Shown here piece by piece: positions 57,691 through 64,000 of a stretch of DNA of 64,000 bases. The notes beneath the pieces were generated by a model. That model saw only the letters and a list, made by a program, of their open reading frames with translations, searched no databases and was not told the origin of the DNA. The position numbers were made by a program, and so were the translations under genes. Origin of the DNA: a virus (Duplodnaviria > Caudoviricetes); IMG/VR virus record IMGVR_UViG_3300045596_000094, positions 128,001 through 192,000 of that record; one strand, 5' to 3'. The first letter of the stretch is position 1; each line of letters opens with the position of its first letter.

Positions 57691-58392
57691 TCATAAAGCG
57701 GTAGGGCTATATACTTTCTTCGCGGGTGGGTTTGCAATGAGATCAGCTATTTTGTCGATTAATCGATTCATTCTAGGAGTATTTCGAAATTCATCTCGAG
57801 CAGATTCAGCCAATAGACTTAGCCCCGTCAGTTTTTCAGGTAAGGCTGTCATCTCAAAGATCATATCGACTAACCCCTCACCCAAAGGAGTTTGGGCATT
57901 TGCTTTCGGTTTAATCTTAGCATTGTAATACCCAATTACGTTCGCATCAGTTTCATGATCGTAAACCACACTCCAGCTTATGAATTTAACATACTGATCA
58001 GAACTACCGGGTACACCAATATCCAACGTGATCAATGAAATACCTGCCCAAGGTAAATGGGGTACTGGGTAAACACTGGACGTTAGCATTAGTTGGAATT
58101 TCTTTTCAGCATAACCAGTGAAGTAAATACGTTTCTTCACTGTCTTATCTTTGGCATCAATACCAATACGAAATTCACGAATAATGTTAGCGAGCATTTC
58201 ACGATGTTCCGATTCTTCCAATGAAGCGTCGGCTTTAGTTAGGGTCATGTAACGATCAACTTGCTTAAAGAGCTCACCTGACATACGAACTGTCTTTGGT
58301 TTGATTCCTTTGAAGTATTCAAGTTGATACTCTTTAAATGCTGGAGTTGGGCGGAGTTTACCTTCCGCTGGTTTGTACGAGGTAGTAATCAT
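57691..58392 (-). CDS. Hypothetical early protein (233 aa)
   Basis: ORF downstream of promoter 59103-59140. Confidence 0.6.
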   Translation of the reverse strand: MITTSYKPAEGKLRPTPAFKEYQLEYFKGIKPKTVRMSGELFKQVDRYMTLTKADASLEESEHREMLANIIREFRIGIDAKDKTVKKRIYFTGYAEKKFQLMLTSSVYPVPHLPWAGISLITLDIGVPGSSDQYVKFISWSVVYDHETDANVIGYYNAKIKPKANAQTPLGEGLVDMIFEMTALPEKLTGLSLLAESARDEFRNTPRMNRLIDKIADLIANPPAKKVYSPTAL

Positions 58393-58404
58393 TAGGTAAA
58401 TGCC

Positions 58405-58800
58405 TTATTTCAGTTTATGTTTGTATGGTCTAGAAATGATCTCACTATAGTCTCTTGGACGCATATAGTTTCGATCGATGACTTGTGCATTTTTAAATGT
58501 AAGAATGCCAACAACGTCAATAGTTTCTGTACCGATATAATTTTCATGCAAATCGACTTCACCGGGTTGGGGTTCAGTTTTGATTGTAACACGAGTCAGA
58601 AGAGTTCTCACCCCATCTGGGAAAGTCCCACGAGCAACCCATACTCGGTTACGGTACATAACTACATCACCACTTTTAATAGTGAGATGAACCGTGGGAT
58701 CGAATTTAGGTAAAGGTGCTGGAGTGAACATATCTTTAATGGTTTCTTTAAGAGCCCAAGCTTCCCCTTTGAGTATGGTGAGCTTACTTCGAAGATCCAT
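58405..58800 (-). CDS. Hypothetical protein (131 aa)
   Basis: AAGGAG SD; overlaps upstream ORF. Confidence 0.6.
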   Translation of the reverse strand: MDLRSKLTILKGEAWALKETIKDMFTPAPLPKFDPTVHLTIKSGDVVMYRNRVWVARGTFPDGVRTLLTRVTIKTEPQPGEVDLHENYIGTETIDVVGILTFKNAQVIDRNYMRPRDYSEIISRPYKHKLK

Positions 58801-59041
58801 TAATTTTCTCCTTTAATCGCTTAGATGCGTTATGATACTGTACAATAATTAAACCCAACAGAAAATAGCAGCCGTAGTAGATTACATCAAAGAAGAAAGT
58901 CGATTCACCTTCGTAATACGCTTCATCGCCAGCTAAGCCAAATGCCCCAGCAATGTTAATAAGAAGTAATACAATAACTACCCACAATGTAACTTTCATC
59001 ACAGTTGTAGTTGAAACCCATTTATCAAACAATTTGTTCAT
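58784..59041 (-). CDS. Small two-TM membrane protein
   Basis: Two hydrophobic helices, basic C-terminus; AGGAG SD. Confidence 0.65.
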   Translation of the reverse strand: MNKLFDKWVSTTTVMKVTLWVVIVLLLINIAGAFGLAGDEAYYEGESTFFFDVIYYGCYFLLGLIIVQYHNASKRLKEKINGSSK

Positions 59042-59102
59042 GGTGTTAGCTCCTAGGCTTTAGATTTCATAATAAAGAGTGAGAGATAGCTTATGCTATC
59101 TC

Positions 59103-59140
59103 ATTCACTTTTATAGTGTATATCTGAAATCTTTTTATTT
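59103..59140 (-). promoter_or_regulatory. Putative early promoter
   Basis: TTTCAGA-TATAC-ACTAT-N5-TGAA. Confidence 0.7.
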
Positions 59141-59142
59141 AA

Positions 59143-59712
59143 TCATAGGTAGGTGTGGGGTGGTTCCTTTAATAGGAATCCGTTAGACACGCCGACCATA
59201 GTACCCACACTATCAATAGTTGCGAAAAATAGCTCGAGATCATTGCGAGTACAGAATAGGAAATCTCTAAGATCCATTTTAAGTGTAGCATAGAGCTTAC
59301 CTTCAGCATCAAGTTCATATTTTTCTACTAAGGCACGTAGACGCTGGTTACGGTCACGATCTACAAACTCGTCGGGAAACATTGGTGGGTCAAACCGTAT
59401 TTGCGGTTTTGCCTTTTGTAATACTGGGAGGAGTGCTTCTTTGGATTTGCACCCACAACGCACTCTAACTTTCTTTAAAAGGGATAATTCACGCGTGAAG
59501 GTTTCTAGACCAAATGCATCGATGATACTTTCGATAGTTCGATTATCGTAAGTAATATCTGTAAGTGTGCGGTTATTAAAGTATAAACGAGTTTTCCGTT
59601 CAGTACCGTCTGCGATGTTAAGTTGAAGATTTGCACCAGAACCAACGAGAAGACCGACATTGTTTGCTACTTCTTTATTAGCCTCGTTTAAAATTAAATC
59701 AATAAAATGCAT
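59143..59712 (-). CDS. Hypothetical protein, tandem paralog of 59699..60301
   Basis: N-terminal ~75 aa alignable by eye (I.L....KE.A......SG...Q; DNR....D..GL). Confidence 0.6.
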   Translation of the reverse strand: MHFIDLILNEANKEVANNVGLLVGSGANLQLNIADGTERKTRLYFNNRTLTDITYDNRTIESIIDAFGLETFTRELSLLKKVRVRCGCKSKEALLPVLQKAKPQIRFDPPMFPDEFVDRDRNQRLRALVEKYELDAEGKLYATLKMDLRDFLFCTRNDLELFFATIDSVGTMVGVSNGFLLKEPPHTYL

Positions 59713-60301
59713 TTGGAAACTCCGTTGGGTCTTTCGGTAAAAGATAAATATTGTAAATGCCTTGGAATAATCCTTCTAGGTCCATGATTACGGGGTAAGC
59801 TTTTAATTTCAAACCTAGCTCTAGATCAAAACTAGGGCCCACTGAAACGAGAAGAGAGATTACCTCATCGTTCAGGTAAACTTTCTCCACTCGAGCGTAT
59901 GCGCTGTCATAGTCGATGACATCCAAAGCCTTCGGGTTATGTAGTGATGGCTCTCCATGGTGAAGTCTAAGGAATCTGCCTTCGCGTTCAAGATACCTGT
60001 GGATTTTATCCAGATTGAAACGACTACCATCTAGCATCAGCGGGATAACTAAGGTTTCACGCATAGACTCCAACATGGAATTTAAGCCCAATTTATCCAA
60101 AACAGTTTGGCGATTATCGACCTCTTGTTGGAATCCAGTAATGGAGCCTCGTGAGAAGTTCATGAAGGTTCTTACTCGTTCGCCATCAAAATCATCAAAC
60201 ACGATGACTTGACCTGCAGTGCCTGAGAGAATCATGGAACGTAAAGCCTGAGCTTCTTCTTTCGTTACATTACTCAGTTCAATTTGAATTTCTGTTTTCA
60301 T
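59699..60301 (-). CDS. Hypothetical protein, tandem paralog; possible degenerate prohead-protease fold at C-terminus
   Basis: Similarity to 59143..59712; HGEP..H.P...ID...A.V..V pattern. Confidence 0.55.
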   Translation of the reverse strand: MKTEIQIELSNVTKEEAQALRSMILSGTAGQVIVFDDFDGERVRTFMNFSRGSITGFQQEVDNRQTVLDKLGLNSMLESMRETLVIPLMLDGSRFNLDKIHRYLEREGRFLRLHHGEPSLHNPKALDVIDYDSAYARVEKVYLNDEVISLLVSVGPSFDLELGLKLKAYPVIMDLEGLFQGIYNIYLLPKDPTEFPNAFY

Positions 60302-60325
60302 TTATTTCTCCAGAGTTACGTAAGT

Positions 60326-60694
60326 TTATTTATTCGTTTTCAAGAATTCTTCGAAAGCCGTAAGCACCGCTTTCCCTGTTTGATAAGCTACTTGCGGTCG
60401 AAGGAAAATCTCACTATGCCATACACTACTGGCTTTATAGGTGTCAATGTGCGGCAATCTAGCGCTCACTAGAACTACTTCACTCATGGCTAGATTGGTT
60501 AGCCATAAAGCGTAATCGACCCGCTCACCATCTACCACGTAGTCTTTAGCTACAATTTCAATGTTTAGACCAGTTAACCTTTTAGCATGTTCCAACTCTC
60601 GACGAAATAGATCCATTGTATCACTAGAGATTAACTGAGGTATGTTTTCCACGTCACGCGCAACATTTTTCAAACACTTCATTTTATCGTACAT
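60326..60694 (-). CDS. Hypothetical protein (122 aa)
   Basis: ORF in accessory operon. Confidence 0.55.
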   Translation of the reverse strand: MYDKMKCLKNVARDVENIPQLISSDTMDLFRRELEHAKRLTGLNIEIVAKDYVVDGERVDYALWLTNLAMSEVVLVSARLPHIDTYKASSVWHSEIFLRPQVAYQTGKAVLTAFEEFLKTNK

Positions 60695-60766
60695 TAATAC
60701 ACCGATGACATAAGTGAAAGGTAATGAAACCCTAAAAGAATAGCTCTAAAAGGGTTTCAAGGTTAA

Positions 60767-61141
60767 TCAAAAGTCAGGGCGGGCATATACAAGAACGAAA
60801 TCGCTAGGATCTCCGGCTTCATTCACCAAATACAATGGTACCATGGTGAGTTGATCTACCGCTTCTTGAGAAATATCGATAAAGAATCGTACTGAAAACT
60901 CTAGCTGATTGTTGATTTTCTCTACATCATCAACAACAAAGCTAGGTTCTTCAACAGATAAAAGGCGTTTTAATTTTGCCCCTGCAGAAAGAATTTCCAG
61001 GTTATTACCAGTTCGAATTTCCCCCACCAGAGATCCGTTTCTAAGCGCCTCTTGAATGATATTAAGCGACGCCTCTACTCGATTTTTTTCAAGAACATCG
61101 CCACGAATCTTAAAGGTTTCCGAAAATGACATACCAATCAC
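60767..61141 (-). CDS. Hypothetical protein, possible degenerate prohead-protease fold
   Basis: LVGEI...RL......F.V..V......L...V pattern. Confidence 0.45.
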   Translation of the reverse strand: MIGMSFSETFKIRGDVLEKNRVEASLNIIQEALRNGSLVGEIRTGNNLEILSAGAKLKRLLSVEEPSFVVDDVEKINNQLEFSVRFFIDISQEAVDQLTMVPLYLVNEAGDPSDFVLVYARPDF

Positions 61142-61158
61142 CCACTTTTGAAGTTAAA

Positions 61159-61542
61159 TTAATTCTTACCAAGGATCTCTATTTGAACTTTGGCAGTACC
61201 TGATTTCATCATATCTAATGCTTTAGCGGCACCTTGACTTAAATCCAATACACGATTACCGTGGAAAGGACCGCGATCATTTACCTTAGCAATGACTGAT
61301 TTCCCATTAGCTACGTTTGTAACACGTACCATTGTTCCTAGAGGGAGTGTCCGATGTGCGGCTGTTAAACCGTACATGTTGAACCGCTCACCACTAGCGG
61401 TCTTCTTACCGTGATGTGCACGACCGTACCACGATGTCATACCTGTCTGGTATATCCCTGATGCTTTCGCATGCGCTTTACTTAAAGTAAATAGTAAGGC
61501 ACTCATAAGCACCAAAAGCATTGTTCCAAAACGCTGTTTCAT
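61159..61542 (-). CDS. rlpA: RlpA-like double-psi beta-barrel lytic transglycosylase with signal peptide
   Basis: SWYG..HHGKKTASGERF....LTAAHRTLPLGT.VRVTN...VNDRGPF...RVLDLS. Confidence 0.9.
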   Translation of the reverse strand: MKQRFGTMLLVLMSALLFTLSKAHAKASGIYQTGMTSWYGRAHHGKKTASGERFNMYGLTAAHRTLPLGTMVRVTNVANGKSVIAKVNDRGPFHGNRVLDLSQGAAKALDMMKSGTAKVQIEILGKN

Positions 61543-61574
61543 TCTAGCTCCTCGCTATTTCTGTCAACAACGAA

Positions 61575-62651
61575 TTAGACTACCTCCATCAAGTTCACAC
61601 CTAAGTATTCACTTAAACGCTCGATACAGTCTTCGTTCTGTAAATTGAATACAGGAATCCCGAAGTGGTTCGCAACATTAATTGCTGTTGCAGTACCACC
61701 TGTCTTCTTCGTTGTCTTTTCCTCTGCACCATCTGGAGTCCAGCATAGGAGAAATTCAGATGGTCGGGAGATTGAAACACCCATCACTTCAAATACATTT
61801 CGAATATGTAATTCGCGATACTCTTGTTTCAACCAACGCCATGCAGGGTGTAACTTCGATACAATTGATACGGCTAGATTATAAGCTTCTGAGTCTGGGG
61901 GCACGACTTGTGTATGTAGTGAATACGAACCTCGTCCAACTGGACCAAAACGTATTCGGTGACCCTCAAGTGCATTATCCCAGACTACCCTATCAGCACC
62001 CTCAGCATCTCCAGTACAAGCCATTAAAGCAAATCGTCTAGATAATACTTGAACAGCTGAACCAAGATCGTCTTTACCATCGAAGGTAATCTTTCGAGAA
62101 CCTACACCGGTAAAGCGAGGATGTTGTCGGTGGGTCAGATCATAACGTCTTCTAAACATATCTCTAAGTTTCTTAGGGATCTTTTCGAATCCGTATAATT
62201 CGACCGACAAATCAAAGTCTACAAATTTTAGATGGTAGATAATGAGGTGTAAGACCACTTTAGGGTCTAGACCTCCTAAACCGCAACCCAGTGCTGGAAT
62301 TGCGATACGCTCTAAACGATCGCGATAAGGATAGTTCATCAGGAAATTTCTTAGATGAAGTAATCCTTTTCGAATATAAGACAATCGTGAGGGTTTCTCC
62401 CAATCTTCCTTGGTTGGAAAATTACAGATTAACTTCTCATTCTCGTCTGTTACGAATACCCCGAAATTCGCAATCGAATAGGCATGCTGTTTACAATAAT
62501 GGATATACTCACGATCGTTCTGCTTATAGCGTTGTTTAAACTGTTTCGCTAAACCAGCACCCATTTTACCCCGAGTATTTACAGGGTTCACCAGAAGCCC
62601 AGCATCAGAGCTGAATATGCTTCCAGTTTTAAAGATAAGATGTAGCGCCAT
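61575..62651 (-). CDS. DarG-like macrodomain fused to SLOG (DprA/YspA-like) domain
   Basis: VNPVNTRGKMGAGLAKQFK, NFPTK.DW, IAIPALGCGLGGL; C-domain FTGVGSR, TGDAEGAD, GGTATA...A....IPVFNL. Confidence 0.8.
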   Translation of the reverse strand: MALHLIFKTGSIFSSDAGLLVNPVNTRGKMGAGLAKQFKQRYKQNDREYIHYCKQHAYSIANFGVFVTDENEKLICNFPTKEDWEKPSRLSYIRKGLLHLRNFLMNYPYRDRLERIAIPALGCGLGGLDPKVVLHLIIYHLKFVDFDLSVELYGFEKIPKKLRDMFRRRYDLTHRQHPRFTGVGSRKITFDGKDDLGSAVQVLSRRFALMACTGDAEGADRVVWDNALEGHRIRFGPVGRGSYSLHTQVVPPDSEAYNLAVSIVSKLHPAWRWLKQEYRELHIRNVFEVMGVSISRPSEFLLCWTPDGAEEKTTKKTGGTATAINVANHFGIPVFNLQNEDCIERLSEYLGVNLMEVV

Positions 62652-62665
62652 GAGTAAATCCTTTC

Positions 62666-63253
62666 TTAGCTAATATCGTCGTCAATAACGATCAGAGCTA
62701 ATTCTATTGCATTTTGGTTTATCTCCTCACCTAAAGGAGAGATCTTTGGTGGGGTGTGGATGGTATCTAGGAAATCGCCGACAGACCGATTTAAACCTTC
62801 GTCGAAATAATAGGTTCGAATGATTCTATCTAGGTACGAATTAGGTCCGTGCGGTAGATCTTCATCTATACGAATATACGCCAACGGTTTAAAAATACCG
62901 TGATCTAGGAAACCGTAAAAATGATGTTCGCGCTTAACCACCCAACAACAGATGCGTTCACGATATTTATCCGCATCCAGATTATCCGGCGAATAACGAC
63001 AACCGCCATTTATAGTGCCAAACAGGGTGATCAGTAATTCAATCGTGGGCTCGATAGGCTGAAACTTACCCGTAGCCCAATGACTATTCAGTACTGCGGT
63101 GAGTTTTTCTAAGGTAAAAGGATGGCATGGGAACATAAATACATTCTTCCAGATATTTCTTAACCATTGTTTACGCATTTGCATCCCTACCGTGGACGGT
63201 GGAGGCTGAACCCGTGGCTTTGGAAAGAGAATAGTAATGATCTCTAGCGGCAA
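62666..63253 (-). CDS. Hypothetical protein (start uncertain, possibly ~63178)
   Basis: Overlaps the AAA gene end. Confidence 0.5.
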   Translation of the reverse strand: MPLEIITILFPKPRVQPPPSTVGMQMRKQWLRNIWKNVFMFPCHPFTLEKLTAVLNSHWATGKFQPIEPTIELLITLFGTINGGCRYSPDNLDADKYRERICCWVVKREHHFYGFLDHGIFKPLAYIRIDEDLPHGPNSYLDRIIRTYYFDEGLNRSVGDFLDTIHTPPKISPLGEEINQNAIELALIVIDDDIS

Positions 63254-64000
63254 TGATCTCCTTCACTTCCGCTACGGTTTCAGAACTGCGTATACTCACA
63301 ATACTGTCTAACGGTAGTTCCTTCGATTCTAAATCCTGAAGATAGGTCAACCGGGGATCGCCTTCCTCGAAACCAATAGCGTTAAGTACCGTTTCGAATG
63401 AAGGGTAACTGAGTTCAATCTTGTGATTTACGCGTCCTGGACGATAAATGACGTCTTGGATTTTGTCGATAAAGTTCGTTGTCATGAACACAACAACATT
63501 CTTTAAGGGTTTGACACCATCTAAGAAATTCAAGAAAACAGAATAGTCACCTTTATCTGTATTACGACCATAACGGTCTTCTACTTTAGGTTCTGTGTTG
63601 AGAAAACTATAACCGTCGATATCTTCAAACAAAACGATAGTATTGCGACCTTTTAATGTTGCATTTAATAACATATTTATACCAGAGATTGATTGGTACG
63701 GGCTCGCAATAATAAGATTGATTCCATATTTAGATGCGAAGTGTCTAATGAGGTTAGTCTTACCTGTTCCTGGAGGGCCGTAGAGCATGAACGTTTCTCG
63801 TTGTGGCCTCCCCACGCGCTCATACCAATCTGGTTCGTTTGTGAAACGATCCATAATGGTGTTAATGCGACTGTATATTTCTGGATCTATAAGTTGTTTC
63901 TGTTGCCCGTAGAAACTTTCCAAATAACCACTGAATGTTTCAGCAGCGATGGTGCGTTGAAAGGACCGTACATCGCTGCTGACCGAATAAACTCGGGGTA
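63171..64000 (-). CDS. AAA+ ATPase (BCS1-like); 5' end beyond window
   Basis: Walker A GPPGTGKT, Walker B VLFEDID, TTN, RPGR; frame stays open to 64000. Confidence 0.8.
   Translation of the reverse strand, partial: PRVYSVSSDVRSFQRTIAAETFSGYLESFYGQQKQLIDPEIYSRINTIMDRFTNEPDWYERVGRPQRETFMLYGPPGTGKTNLIRHFASKYGINLIIASPYQSISGINMLLNATLKGRNTIVLFEDIDGYSFLNTEPKVEDRYGRNTDKGDYSVFLNFLDGVKPLKNVVVFMTTNFIDKIQDVIYRPGRVNHKIELSYPSFETVLNAIGFEEGDPRLTYLQDLESKELPLDSIVSIRSSETVAEVKEIIAARDHYYSLSKATGSASTVHGRDANA

Noticed and set aside
1-64000. Alternative genetic code, reverse transcriptase/DGR, tubulin PhuZ, tRNA genes
   Set aside because: Core genes translate fully with the standard code and use TAA/TAG/TGA stops. 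No RT motifs, tubulin signature or cloverleaf was seen by eye; a tRNAscan-SE/Infernal run would confirm.

Overview
This window is a 64-kb, AT-rich segment of a nucleus-forming phiKZ-like jumbo phage (Chimalliviridae). Gene order follows the phiKZ core blocks in reverse (about gp9x down to gp42). It contains internal-head and baseplate virion genes, a family-B DNA polymerase split across two distant genes, a virion RNAP beta' subunit, an SF2 helicase carrying an Ala-initiated (class 3) LAGLIDADG intein, and four non-virion RNAP subunits (beta', beta, sigma-like gp68, and beta'-N with NADFDGD). It also carries the phage-nucleus genes (chimallin ChmA, probable PicA/Imp1, ChmC/Imp6), an SbcD/Mre11 nuclease, a dNMP kinase, and accessory early regions with RlpA, a DarG-like macrodomain-SLOG fusion and an AAA+ ATPase. 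phiKZ gp numbers are assigned from remembered synteny, size and motifs, not from a database search. The most notable unannotated signals are: (1) an in-frame T TTT TTC slippery site that would fuse a Zn-finger baseplate/tail chaperone to the next ORF by -1 frameshifting, like lambda G/GT; (2) a tightly coupled array of about 10 diverged small paralogs next to the DNA polymerase; (3) a Q/N-rich prion-like protein with GFG motifs next to PicA; (4) a family of perfect CTAG-centred palindromes flanked by CATAA/TTATG; (5) an 8-copy early promoter, four copies of which are followed by a 5'-terminal hairpin; (6) two frameshifted accessory genes. No tRNA, rRNA or CRISPR array was seen.
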